Assembly: GCA_013265495.1 (NCBI GenBank)
Contig: MU058337.1
Coordinates: forward strand, 1,890,686-1,954,685
Origin: Vicugna vicugna
Lineage: Eukaryota
Reading direction: 5' to 3'
Length of the DNA stretch: 64,000 nt
The notes beneath the pieces are model-generated. The model ran no database searches. It was not told where the DNA came from and saw only the letters and a list, made by a program, of their open reading frames with translations. Each line of letters opens with the position of its first letter. Positions within the stretch are counted from its first letter, which is position 1. Below are positions 50,835 through 63,915 of this stretch, one piece after another. A program made the position numbers and the translations under genes.

Positions 50835-53800
50835 TATTACACATTTTTAAGTAAGACATAGAAACCTTTTTTCTCCCTGCCCAGGAGACTTTTCTCACTT
50901 CTAAGAGGACTCAGGGAGCAATGGAACGAGTTTGGATTAGAATTCCAAAGATGCACGTTCCCGCCCTAACTCTGCCACGACATTAGCTCCGTGACACTGA
51001 GAAGGAGGTGGGGAGGGTCTGACTTCCTCAGCTTGTTTTTTTGTTGGGTTGATCTGTAAATGAGCAGGAAGTCGGGCTATGACCTCTGAGGGTGTCTCCT
51101 TAAATTGAAATCCATTTCTCCAAGGGGTTCCAGATCCTGTTACACTGTGACTGTTCATGACCACAGCTTCCGCCTTCAGTCCCATACTGTGTTCACACTT
51201 TTCCACCAGAACGGCTTGTGTGTGTCCCTGACAGATTCCCGGACGCTGAATTCAGTGTCATTTCCTGACCTCCCTGGGCTCTTGTGGTCTAAGCAGCTGC
51301 CTTGTGCTGCGATTAAGTAAGTCAAATACAGCAGTAGGCGTGGGGCTTCCCGAAGCTTGGATCTGGCTCTCCCTAGACAGTGTGCCTTTGCACCTTGGCA
51401 TACGAGCTCTCAGAATGAATTGAGACTTCAGGATTTAAAACACATAGTTTTAAAGGACAAAAGTGCTTTCTAACTGAACATGAAACCGCGTATGTTTACA
51501 TATTCCCTGAATCAGGGCGTCTGCTGGCTGTGGGCGCGTCAGCTTTAAGGACGCCTTTCGGTCAGGAGCACTCGGTTTCTTGTGAGTCTGCAGGGAATGC
51601 AGAACCAGGAAAGAAGTAGGAAACACAAATCTCGAGCTCTGAGATCATGACTTCATGAAATATTTGTCATCGTAGAAACACCAGATTTGAGGCAACGTGA
51701 GGTCATTTCCCATTCCACCTGCTGGACAGACTGAATTCTGCACGCGAGAGTGTGTTGACACCTGCACCCCCAGCAGGGGCTGTGTGGTGAGAGTGCCTCG
51801 TGTTGTGCAATTCCGCTTCGCAAAGATGTGAGAGTTGAGATGACGTCCCAAGGACTTTTGCCTCTCAGCTGTGGTCCACATACGTTATTCCAGATATTTT
51901 GGCATTTTCCCCAACTCTAAAGGTCCTCAGGGAGGAATTCTATACTCTTGTTAGTCTCAGACAATTTCTCCTTTGTCAGGAAGTCCCAGATAAATTGAAT
52001 ATCTCCTGCTTTCATTTAATCCTGCTTCTTGCTCAGTCTTGAGTGGGAGTACAGAACCAAAGGGCAAGTTTCACTGTTTGCTCAGCAGTGATCCCCCCAC
52101 ACCAGAAGGCAATCTTGGGAAAATGAACACTTGTGAGGCAGCTTGGGGAATTTGAGCTCGGAGGCAGAGTGATTAAAAAAAGAAGAGGGAATGGGAAAAA
52201 ATAGAAGATGGTTTCGGAATTAATGACTTCATTATCTTTTAACGCTTTAAGAAAGGAACAGAACTTGTAGGAGTCTGTCTGAGGGGTCCGTGCTGAGGGT
52301 TTGCATCTACTGAGACGTTGACAAGACACAGGAAATACGGAATAGTTGGAATATGAGAAACAGAGAAAATTGGCTGGGTGATAGTTTGGGAGTAATAAAG
52401 TATTGGGAGGAAACAAAGAAAGTCAGAGAACTGTGCACTTAAGAACCATAAATGCAATGAGATGCTTGACGTATCTTCAGGAAGAAGAAGCCCGTGCCAG
52501 GGAAGGGAGAGGCCAGGAGTCAGGCAGGAGCGCTTGCACGTGGCCTTGCCGAACGGAATTCTTTCAGGTTGTGCTATGTTTCTGTCCTCTTGAAGGAATT
52601 TGGACACGGCTGTGATGAATGTCACATTCTCGTTATTAGAACCATAAAATGGAAACCAATCAATGCAAAAGGTTTTGGAGTAATTATTTTTTGCATCATT
52701 ACCTTCTCCATAATTAGAAGCCCCCCCCCCCACCTTCCCTGTCTCTTAAACCAATTAGTTATTCCACAGTAGGTGATGGCTGAGAAACGTGGGGGAACTG
52801 GCAGGACTACAAGGCTTGTCCTATCTTTTCTTTATGCTGTAGCCAAGTGCTCATTTGCAAGGTAGGTCTGCGTCTACGGTGCAGCCCTCTTGGGATAACT
52901 CACGCTATGTGAATAATCCTTTCCACATATTTCCATTTATCCTTTTGTGCCTTTAATAAGTCTAATTTGTTTTAGGTTCTCCTCAAGCTGGAGATAAATC
53001 TTAAGTACACTTGGCTGAGATTCTCAAACTATTAATTCTTTTAAACATTTATTAAAAAGTCATACCATGAAGCATCTTGAATCTTCATGACATAAAACAG
53101 GTGTATTCACTTGTTAGACCACTGTTCATTCATTTTGTAAATATTGATCGAATTTGCATTAGATGCCAGGAACTGGTTAGGTGGTAGAAACTGAGCAAAG
53201 AGCAGAACAGAGAGGTTTCTTGTACTCACGGCGGTGGCTGTGCTCACGTCTGTGATTCAGGCTTTAACATGAGACGGGATTGAAATTGTTGATTTAGCGC
53301 ATGCGAGTGAATGAGAGTTTGCAGGTGAATGAGTATCGTGGCGACTTCGATTTTCTGTAGTTTTTATACTTTGCAATTCAATGACTTGTCTCAATAAACC
53401 CACATCCAGGTAAACAGTGTATTTTGTGGGCCAGCTCAGGCCCTGAGAGTGGGATGTTTGCTTAAAAAAACAAAAATGCCAGATTAGGTCTATTGACTGA
53501 AACGGGTTTCACATTTCTCAGTCTCCTTACGCAGACACTCTACATCGCATGGTTTATTCTTTGTGTCTCTTTCCAAGTTATCATTGTGTCTCCCGTCGTT
53601 TTGAGACATTTAATGTTAGACACTTAATATCGTCATTTGTGTGAGGGAGAGTGACATTCCATGTCCTCTGGCCCAGAGTTAGGAGACTACTGGGGCTGTG
53701 AGGGTGCAACTGTGCAGAGTTCACTGTTTAAGCATCTTAATGAGCTGTATGTACAGCGTGCTTAATGGCGGCAAGACCACAGGTTTGATCATCAGATACG

Positions 53801-55654
53801 TTCTCAAATCTCTCCTCTTGTTAATGGTACGTTCTTAGACAAGCCCCAGTTTCTCTGCCGGCCATGGAAATAATTCTTATACCTACTCCGCGTGGTTCTG
53901 TGGGAGGGGCGTGGGAATGACTGTGCAAAGCAGCTGAGCCAGGCTTCCCCTTTTGCGATCAAGCTATGATGAATTTGCAAACACGTAACAAAAGGTTATT
54001 TGCTTTCTTAAGGGGAAAAACACTTATCTTCATGCAGAATGAGCCAAAACTTGTTTTTTTTTGTGTGCGGGGATGGGGCGAATGGGGGCGTAAGGTTAAA
54101 TGTTTGCACTTAAATTTAGGGGAGAGTGGAGTTTGTCAGAATGCAAATTCTCTGAGGGTAGGTGGGGCTAGACTCTCCTGACTTAGTCAAATAACACGAG
54201 GCTATGTAACCCCAAGTCTCAAAGTGAATACGATTATTAATTTGTGACATTTTCATAGGAAGAATATTGCTTTTATTTTATTGTTGTGTTTTATTATTGA
54301 GTGGGTAAGATCAACCTCTAACCTGGGAGAGTTTATACTAGTTAACGGGTCTGGAGCATGCATTTGTGTTTGACTCAGTGCCTAAAGATACATAAATCAC
54401 TTTCATGTATGTCTTAAGGCAGGATGAAAAGGGCCACACAGAGAGGATTAAGATGAAGGATGAAAAAAAAAAATCCTTCAACATCTTGGCTGCCCCTTCC
54501 CTCTCGCCAGCTGGATCCATTTCTCTGTAAATATTCGGAAGAGGACAGAAGTTGTCATCACTGCTCTGTCCTTGGGAGGCGGCCTCCCGCTGACGTCTAG
54601 GTGGGCGAGGGGAACGCACACCGACGGTGCTTCTGCCTGGCTCTGCACAGGCCCCTTAGAGCTTGATTAGCAAAAGGAACACTTTGTTTATTGGCCCAAG
54701 GATGCCAGTGTCTGGTGCACTTTACAGTAAACACATTTTCAGCTGACCACACCGTAAATCAGACTGAAGACACCTCCCATTTGAGAGTCCAGTGAAAAGT
54801 TCTTTTTTTTTCCTAATGGGCAAAAAAGAAGGCCAAGGAGAAATTCCCATATCCTGCCATGATGCTCAATGGGTCAACATTCCAAAACGAGTTGATTTTC
54901 CTTGCCTTGTTGAAGCAACTAAACAATTTTTTTTTTTTTTGCCATTACAAGCAACAGTTTAATAGCTTTTTGGGGTATTCAGTTCCAAATCCAGAACTGT
55001 GTGGTTGAAGTACCATTAAGAGGCTCTACTTTTTTTTTTCTTCTGCTTAATGTCTGTGGGCTGCTTGTAAGATACTATAGAGTCATACCCAACCAAGAAA
55101 AGACCAGACTCACACCAGTGCGGCAGCAGATTAACAATGCAGGAGACATCATGTTTGGTTATAGATAATGCATGCAGTGCTTAAAATAGCAGTTTGCCAT
55201 CCATGTGTTATTTCATACCAGATGGTAGGAAGAGCACAGGACATGGTTTTTTCAGATGTGTGTGCAAGGGTACATATAAAAGTCTGTTAATAGAAATGCA
55301 CAAAAAAGGAAAAAGTTCTATAATTTAGGACAAGTGGATGTTTGTCAAATTGCCTTCATCTATATCAAGCTCCAAGCTATTTTTATATATTCAGTAAGTA
55401 AAAATATTCTGTTCAATGAAATATCAAAATTGTCATATTAAGCTCTTCTGGAATTTTTGGGAGAGAACCCTCTTTCAAGTCCAGTGCCCAGCTTGAGCAG
55501 GTTAACTGAGCCTTCTGGGACACATTTCATTTTGGGTTACATTATATCATTTGAATTCCATATTTCAGGAGAAAAATTATTCACTCTCTTAAGAGTACCT
55601 GAATGTGGAACTCATCACTTTCTACTATTATTGTAACATCCAAGTGTTTAGGTG

Positions 55655-55832
55655 TCCTGCCCACTGTAGACTTTAAAAGAATATTAATTAAATGACTTAA
55701 CCTTCAACACATTAAAACAGCATCTGTCAAAAGGCATGGAAAAACCTAAATGTCCATTGACAGATGGTATTTTAATGCATTGAAAGTTAAGGAGTTTAAT
55801 TAATATTCTTATAAAGTCTACAGTGGGCAGGA
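55655..55832. repeat. Long imperfect inverted repeat, 76-bp arms, 26-bp spacer
   Basis: 55655-55730 versus reverse complement of 55757-55832: 67/76 identical, ungapped. Confidence 0.97.
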
Positions 55833-56228
55833 TCTTTGGTATATTTATACAATGGAATACTACTCAGCCATAAAAAAGAAGAAAATAATGCCATTTGCAG
55901 CAACATGGATGGACCTGGAGATTGTCAACCTTAAGTGAAGTAACCCAGAAAGAGAAAGAAAAAATACCATATGATATCACTTATATGTGGAATTTAAAAA
56001 AAAGACGAATTAAATTACAAAACAGAAACTGAGTCACAGACATAGAAAACAAACTTAGAGTTACAGGGGGAGAGGAGTGCGTAGGAAAGGATAAATTGGG
56101 AGTTTGAAATTTGCAGATACAAACTGCTGTATATAAAATAGGTAAACAACTGTATAGCACAGAGAACAATATTCAGTATCTTGTAGTAACCTATAATGGA
56201 AAAGAATATGAAAGTGAAAAAAATAGAA
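55727..56228 (+). mobile_element. Camelid L1 3' portion interrupted by an inverted copy of its own flank
   Basis: catggaaaaacctaaatgtccattgacagatg ... tggtatatttatacaatggaatactactcagcc; TSD taaaa(c/t)agcatctg at 55713-55726 and 56229-56242. Confidence 0.9.
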
Positions 56229-56370
56229 TAAAATAGCATCTGAGTGAAAATACCAGATCGCTCTTTGGGCTCGCCGCATCCAACAGTGGAAACAGAACGC
56301 AGAATGCAGGGTGGGGCAGGGACACAGGGAACCAAGGTCTTTATCTCATGGCCTGGAAAAGAGGTTCATT

Positions 56371-56512
56371 CAGGACTTTCAGCGGTACCTGGAGGGATTT
56401 TTGTTTGTCACAGCTGGGGGAGTTGGAGCTAATTGGCATCTAGTGACCAGAAGTCAAGAATTCTGCTAAACATCCTACAGCACACAGGACAGCCTCCTCA
56501 ACAAAGGATTGT
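56371..56512. mobile_element. MER20 (hAT-Charlie)
   Basis: ttgtcacagctgggg...tggcatctagtg...tgctaaacatcctacagcacacaggacagcc. Confidence 0.85.
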
Positions 56513-56544
56513 CAGTTGCTCTCTGATGAGGGAGGCTCTCCTGT

Positions 56545-56843
56545 GCACGGCAGGGTGTGTGGACTTGGCTGGACTACGAGACCCAGTCACTTAATCAGGC
56601 ATGACTCTGGGTTTGCTGTGAAGGTATTTGTAGATGTGGTTAAGCACCTGCAATGAGTTGACTTTAAAGTCGATTACCCTCCATCATGTGGGTGGGAGTC
56701 ATCTAATCAGCAGAGGACCTAAAGGCAAAAAAGGATTCCCAGAGTGGGAAACTAGTGGGATTACTGGGAGAAAATGTGTATATATCTCCTAGTAATATAT
56801 ATAACTATATGTTATCTATACAATTCATGTATATATATGTATC
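56545..56843 (+). mobile_element. MLT2 (ERVL) LTR fragment
   Basis: ttgctgtgaaggtatttgtagatgtggttaa...gattaccctccatcatgtgggtggg. Confidence 0.8.
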
Positions 56844-57618
56844 TGTACCAAACTAAACTCAGATCTGTTGGCCCACACGCAGTAAAGCCCGTCTCCTGAT
56901 ACTGGGTTATGTTAATTTCTGACGTACAGCATAGTGATTCAGTTATACGTATATGCTTTCTCATATTCTTTTTCATTATAAGTTATTAGAAGATAGTGAA
57001 TGTAGTTCCCTGTGCTACGCAATAGGACCTTGTGGTTTATTTATATATAGTAGTGTGTATCTGCAAATCCCGAACTCCCAATTTATCCCTCCCCCTCCTT
57101 TCCCCCCTGGGAACCACAAGTTTGTTTTCTATGTCTGTGAGTCTGTTTCTTTTTTATAAATAACTTCATTTGTCTCAATTTTTTTAGATTCCACATATAA
57201 GTGATATCATATGATATTTGTATTTTTTGTCTGACTTACTTCATTTAGTATAATAATCCCTAGATCCATCCATGTTGCTGCAAATGGCATTATTTTATCC
57301 TTTTTTATGGCTGAGTAGTATTCCATTGTATAAATATACCACATCTCCTTTATCCAGTCATCTGTTGATGGACATTTAGGTTGCTTCTGTGTCTTGGCTG
57401 CTGTAAACAGTGCTGCTGTGAACATTTCTTGACTGCTCCTCCCTTGTATCTGCACTCCCTTCGTTCTCTGATTATAACAGTTTGAATCTGCTCTTTGGTA
57501 CTCAGGAAGGTCTAGAAGGCTGAAGCCTTTACCCTGCAAATAAGAAACCAGTGGGGAGAAGGGGTGGGGGGAGGTGTTTGTGCCCAGGAGGGCCCCACAG
57601 GGTCCTGCTGGGTTTTAC
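56844..57618 (-). mobile_element. ERV1-type LTR split by an L1 (pieces ~56844-56910 and ~57430-57618)
   Basis: tgtaccaaactaaactc..cgcagtaaagcc at one end; gtttgaatctgctctttggtactcaggaagg...gtgcccaggagggccccacagggtcctgct at the other. Confidence 0.65.
56911..57426 (-). mobile_element. Camelid L1 3' portion
   Basis: ORF 57207..57539 contains [43 protein letters not shown] (L1 ORF2 end). Confidence 0.93.
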
Positions 57619-58249
57619 TCCTGCAGCAGGCCACAAGGCCCAGGGACCTCCAGAACCTTCCATGAGCCTCATAGACCATCTCCCTCTGCCTTGTTGCAGC
57701 TCTTTGCTCTGCTTACAGAGCTAGGAACCTCCCAGGATCCAGCCATCTGTGGTCGCAGCGCTTGACTTCTGCCTCAGCCGGGGCACAAAAGTCACCCCTC
57801 CCCATGGCTGGGAGCGTGTCCGCCCTGGTTTAGAAAGGGCAGAACTTAGCAGAATGGGCTCAGATCAAATGTCCCCCCTTTTCTTCCTTGAATATTGTGA
57901 TTCCTGTTCTCCAGACCCCTGTGCCTCTTGTTTGAATTGCCCTCCCTAATAGAGACACCTGTTGCTTCCGGATTGTGCCTTCGGAGTTATTCTGGAGCCA
58001 AGGTGAGGCAGCGCTTCATCCTGTGAGTCTGGCCGTGAGCATCCCCCGCTGATCTCTGTGAATAACCTGTGCTGCCCTCTCACACCACACGCACCTTACA
58101 CTCTTTGAAAATGCGGAGAGGTGATCTCTGTCCTGAACTTTGATGGTCAGGGGCGTTAGATAAAAAGCTTAGTAACTCGTGGGATGATTTTGCAGCCTTT
58201 GGGATTTTCCTCGAGTAGTGATTGAAAAGAGGACCCGGCCAGGCTCAGA

Positions 58250-59200
58250 TGAGTGCGAATCAATGCTTCTTTGTTTACCGATTCTGCGAAGTCCTCACGT
58301 TGTGGGGAGGAATCTGAGCGCAGGGAGGACGCGGAAAAGAGGATCAAACATTTGTGGCGTTTCTTTCATGGCGATGCCGGTCCCCGTCCCCCTGCCAGGG
58401 GCGCAGGCCTGACAGCTGCCATCGCGGTGCGCGCTGAGCCCTCCGAGCATCAAAGCCGGCTGTCAAAGGGCCTTCTTGCGGGGTTAAAGGCGGCTGGCCT
58501 TTTCGAGCCCGGTGGCCCACTTGGAAACTGAAACAGAGTTCCCCCTCAGGCTACCTCCAGCTGCCAAAGCGAGTAGGAAGCCGGAGCGGGCCGCGGCGGG
58601 TGCGGCCGGGGCCCGGGACGCTGCGGGGACCTGCCTGGCCGGCTCGGGGCGCGCGGCCCGGCGGCCCTGCGGCCCTGCGCCGGGGAGCGGGTTGGCATGG
58701 GTCCTGTGGGCCGCTGGCTCGCCTTCCGCAGGGACACCTCATCCTCCCGAAGAGCTCTTCTTCCCCCGGGTTTTCCCCTTCCCTGGGCGGCATCCAGTTA
58801 GCACTCCCACGCGCTTCTTGCAGCTGGGCTCCAGCGGGACAAGCAGTTTCTGCTCGGTGGTTCCGGGAGGGCGACAAACATGAAAGCCAGCGCGTTGCTG
58901 ACCGGGAGGTTCGGAGACAAAACATGCAGCGAGGACCCCGAGTGACTTGGGAGGCAACAGGCCACAGCCCGGGGGCCTGTGTTCCGTGGGTGTGAGCTCC
59001 TGGGGGGCGGAGTGCTGGGGGAGAGAGCAAAAATACTGAGTTTTTATTTTTTTAACACTGTTCTAAAAAGACTTCACACGGGAAACCAATGGGTGAAAAT
59101 GACCCCCTGGGCTTGGAGCTTGTGAAATGCAGAGGGGAGGAAGCGCCCCGTGTGCCCAGGGCCGGGGGGTTTCCGGGATGTGAGGCTTTCAGTGCTAAAA
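58250..59200. promoter_or_regulatory. CpG island, probable enhancer or promoter
   Basis: Very high GC and CpG density (core 58570-58730); motifs: TCF/LEF atcaaag 58449, ISRE-like ggaaactgaaac 58523-58534, NF-kB-like gggggtttcc ~59165, FOX tgtttac 58272. Confidence 0.8.
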
Positions 59201-61329
59201 ATGGGTCAGTCCCGGCTCATCAGGACTGCTGCTGAGTCTGTAGCCACTTCCCTCAGTGGAGGTGGGGGAGGCTTTTACCCCGTTCGGATTAGATTAAAGA
59301 GGGTTTCTAAACAAGGGAGCTTTAGGTAAACGGATTTTGCAGAGTCCCTCCATGACATCCCTGGGCTCTCACTAATGATTTTTTAAAAGCTCTATCACTT
59401 GAACAGTCCCAGCTTGCTCCTGAGTTCAGAATCTCTGCATCGCATCGCTGAATATTTGCACAGGGCTTAGAACAGTTGAAAGAAGGAAAAATTGCACCGT
59501 TTGAGCTTGGAGTGATGGGGGGGGCATGGGGAGAGGGAAAAAAACACTTGCAGGAGATGTAAGCGTGTGATGATTGGTGGTGGTGTTTGCATCTGGGTCG
59601 CCTTCTTAGCATCCTGTAGAGAAAACACAAGAGCAAGCCCAGAGTGACACGTGCAGTCTGAGGAGGGACGTGGTCAGAACATACTGTTTTCCTTTTAAAA
59701 GATAAATCATCAGCTTGCATGGGAAAGGAGCAGAGGGTCAGCGGGAGGGTAATCTAGTTAAAGGTGGAATAATATTAGCCCGACTGCCCAGCTCTGCATC
59801 CTTTTTGGAAACACAACATGACACAGCTGTTGCAAGGCCCAAGGAAGAGATGAATCAAGGCAGAAATCACAATAGCCTGGGTGCAAAAATACCGTCACCT
59901 ACTTTGTTCACACTGGTCCTCGTAAAACATCCTGAGAAGTGGGCAGTGCAGAGATAGTAACCTTGTTCTTAGAAATGGGAACACCAGCTGGCCAAGGCAA
60001 GTGAGCTTCTTAAGATCACACCATCAAATAGAAGTCAGTCCCTGGTCTTCCAGACTCTACTCCACAAGGAGTTTGTCTGACTCTTGAAAGGTTGTCAGGG
60101 TGAATACAGAGCTGTGGAAGATTCACAGGATTTGAACCTGCTTCACGTGTGGCTGTATCTTCCCAGGTTCAGGTGTGAGACTAAGAAAAGGGGCAGTTTC
60201 ACACCGGATGAGAGAACTGTAGCTTGGAATTGCAGGCAGGATCCGCCAGCACCTGGGTTGGTGGCCTGGAGCAATTATTCAACCTTTACAAATGCCTGTT
60301 TCCTTGCTTGAAAAATACCCATAACAATGGCTCCCGGAAAGGTGGTTTTGAGGATGAAACAAGATAAAGTGGGTAAAATGCCAAAGTTAGCGCTCAAAAA
60401 AATACTTAACTCTTACTCTTCCTACTATGATTACTAATGATAACATCACAAACAAGAGTAAGCGTGGACAAGCTGTTGCAGACGTTGACTGTGGTACCAG
60501 GAGATGCCCTGGGACTCCGGGCGGGGCGGGCGTGCTCAGCCTCTCAAGTGCTGGCCCCCAGGTGGACAGCACTCCGGTCCAGCCGGAGCAGTCGCCTCTG
60601 AGAAGAACCCAGGTTTCCTGTGTGGCCTCTGACTTACCTGATAAGGAAACGTCAGGGACTTGGAAGGCAAAAAGTCAGCCCAGGAGCACCAATAGGTGGA
60701 AGTGACAAGTGACAGCAGCACTGTGGCCTTTGGAAGCCTCTGTGACGTTCCGATGAACTTTGTCATGAAAACGGTTCTGTCAGACGAGACACGAAGTTAG
60801 AAGTTAGCCACGGGATAAAATTAAATTCAGAGTCACTCATCAGCTATGAAAAATGTTACCTGTCTCCTTTATTCTGTGTTGCATCTGCACGTGGGTGGCA
60901 ATGCCCTCATGTAGGTTCCTTCATAAAGGATCTGTTTTAGATGAATTAGCACTAAAGATCTCTTTGTTTGCTTTTAATTTTACTCAGTCCTGACACCACT
61001 CTAATGGACAATCAGGATTACTTTTGAGAAGGTAAGTCACCGACTCTATTTATTTACCTTAGCTATCTTGTTTCCTTCAAAGGCATGTAAAATCCTAGAA
61101 ACAGGAGGTGACTCACAAGGTTGACTGGCTGGTCTAGTTCATTCAAGAAGAATGGTTGGCTCTGCTACTATGAACAAGTCGCCAAATTTCTAAAGGACTT
61201 TATAACTTGTGCGTTTTGTTAGCAAATCTCCTTTCTACTGGATAGCCTTTTGTTTTGGGGACGCTTTTTACATAATGCACGCTTCTGAGACTTTCCTACC
61301 CAATAAAAAACAAAACCCAGTGTTGATTG

Positions 61330-61450
61330 ACTCAGTGGTGGGGAGAATTCCCTGCGCATTATATACGTATATCAAGTCATCACTTTGTACACTTTAAATA
61401 TCTTACAACTTGTCGATTAGACCTCAGAGCTGGAAAAAATAATTAAAATA
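61330..61450 (+). mobile_element. L1 3' UTR fragment
   Basis: tatatacgtatatcaagtcatcactttgtacactttaaatatcttacaa. Confidence 0.75.
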
Positions 61451-63149
61451 TCCCGACACAAGAAGTGATAAACGTTGGACTTGTAAATGCCGTACATTCG
61501 CATTTTCTCCCTTCACCCTTGTCTCATTCCTCCTTTTATTCCTTTCGTGGAGCGCTCGGCCCTCCTGACCAGAAGGCTTTTCTCCCCAGCGCAGAGCCCG
61601 AGCTTCAGAGCCGCTGCTCTCACGGGAACTTTATCCCCGCAATCGTACCCTTGGTTGTGATTTCTTTTGCTTTAAAAAAAAAAATCAGACTTCCTACTCC
61701 AGCTCTTTCAAGTCACGGCATCTCCAGGCTCTGACTCGTCTGCTCGCTGACCTGCCGGCTCTCACTGTCGACACATCACAGATTCTGGGTCCTGGGGCCC
61801 TTGAAAGGCAAGCTCTGGGATCCAGGCTCCCAGCAGTTAGTGGCCTTCAGCGAGTGACCCTCGTGGTCTCTGCATTGCGGTAGGTTGACTGCATCGAGGG
61901 CTCATCTTCACCGCACCCTCTATTCAAGCCCTTGGGGAGGTAACCTTGCCACGTCCACCCGCTCTGACTTGGCCTGGCCAGGTGACGTTCCTTGACGGAT
62001 GGGATTCTCGTGGGAACGTGAGGAGCCCCTCTTACCTGCAGTCTCACCCTCTGCCCTGAGGAGGTGGTGCCTGAGGTAGCCTGCCAGGATGGCATGGGTG
62101 GACCCCATCTGGTGGCCCCAGATCGACATCTGTCACTAGCCCACCACTGACCCCAGGACAACAGTTTACCCGCATTGGACCATGTACACTGAGCAGGTGC
62201 AGCTGAGGTGGGCGGGGCTCAGGCCGGGTCAGGGTCACCTTGCAAAGTCCTGAGCACGTGATTATTGTCCCAGGACACTGAGGTTTTGTGGGTGTTTGTA
62301 AGCAGTGCTCTTGTGACAATAGACAGTCACTACGCTTTCTCATCTTTAAATAGGCGAAGCATTTGGAACCCTCTCCAAAGTTACTGTGACGTCATTAAAT
62401 GACTTAATGCATGTCAAACGCTGTGCTTTGGGCCTGCGCCAGAGAACCTGCCAGTAGCATCAGTTACCACTGCTCAGACACCAGGGGCTACCGCGCCCCC
62501 TTCCCTCCCCCACTTGGCTGTGTTCCTCTTTCGGATGGATTCCTTCCTCTGAACTCATGTCTCCTTTCATTAGCAAGCACAGCATTTGGTTAATCACACT
62601 CCATTTATGCCCCAATTTCAATTATTTATTTTTCTCCATCTGATTTTCCTTTACAGATTCTTGGCCATCTCCAATCTGTCCAGTTTCCTCTATTTCAGAA
62701 GGATTTTTTTAAGCACAATATTTTTAATTTCAGCTCTAACATCCTTTCAGCTTGGGCTTGGAGAATTTGAGGGAGCAAAGGGAAAGGCAGACCTTCCTGT
62801 GCTTCTCTGTAGAGGGCTGTTCTTTAATGGTATCTGTGGATATTAATTAGTTAAAACCCACGTGGAAATCTATTTTCGTCATGATGACTTTGATACAGAA
62901 ACTATTTCCTGAATCTCCTGTTGGCCGAGCCAGGGAAATACACAAGGCAGTTTAGGGGTTTTAAAATACAAAACTGACATGGCAATAAACTGAAGAATTG
63001 ACTCGTTCAGATTATCTCTCCTCTCAATGATGTCAGACACCCAAGCGTTACCGAATAAATAGATTTTTTGCTTGGTGGCATTTTGTACATTAGTTTCTTA
63101 CTATCCTAATCAATAACTGAAATAGATTGATTTTCTGGCTTGCATTCTC

Positions 63150-63790
63150 TATTCTGTCAGTCAATCATTCGACAAGACAGATTGCATTAACTTTCTGCAT
63201 TGTGAGGCACTATTCCGGCCGTCAGGAGAGCAAAGCTCCATAAAACACAGTGCACCCTCCCCAGGAGTTTACGGCACAGGAGTTGGGTTCAGGCCTGTGC
63301 GAAATAAGCAGAGCAAAGGATTCTGGGAGCTGTGATTCAAGCAGGTGGAGAATGCAGTGGGTGTCCGAGGAAGGGAGTGTTTTGTCATGGGAGGCAGGGG
63401 CTTTCCTCACACAGAGTGATGGATGAGCGGATGTTACAGGTGGGCAGGGCTGGACAAAGGTCCCCCCGGCAGAGGGATCAGTAGGAGGAAAAGGATGGGA
63501 GACACAGGAAAGATGGAGGGTACAAAACTCACCAACATGTTGCGAGAATGTGGTTGGAGGCAGCGCTGCTGAAACAGACCAGGGTAGCCAGAACGTAGGC
63601 GGTTTCGTGAGCCACACAAAGGCATCTGTCCCATAGGCAATGGGAGCTGTTCTAAGTCAGGGTCAGCGTGATCAGACTTGTGTTTGGAAAGGCTCTTTGC
63701 AGCAGGTAGGGAATGGGTTGGAGAGGTGTGTGCCAGGAAGTCAAGTGAGAGGCCACTTACTTAAAGGTGAGAGACTGACCTAGGATATCA
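63150..63790 (-). mobile_element. L2 fragments
   Basis: caatcattcgacaa..tgtgaggcactatt; ctaagtcagggtcagcgtgatcagacttgtgtttggaaagg. Confidence 0.6.
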
Positions 63791-63915
63791 GGCAAATAAG
63801 TTCGCTTTTATTACTCACTTAGACAAATAATTAAGGACATCTAAGATATATACAGCAGTGCTAGGTTATCTAGGGTGTATGAAACATGACCAAATCTCTG
63901 CCATCCAAAGATTAT

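Noticed and set aside
52033..52772. Overlapping 127-aa and 164-aa ORFs
   Set aside because: No recognisable domain, no coherent splice signals, mostly non-ATG starts
58218..59030. Several overlapping 60-160-aa ORFs on both strands
   Set aside because: Expected from stop-codon scarcity in a GC-rich CpG island; Ala/Gly/Pro/Arg-rich with no domain
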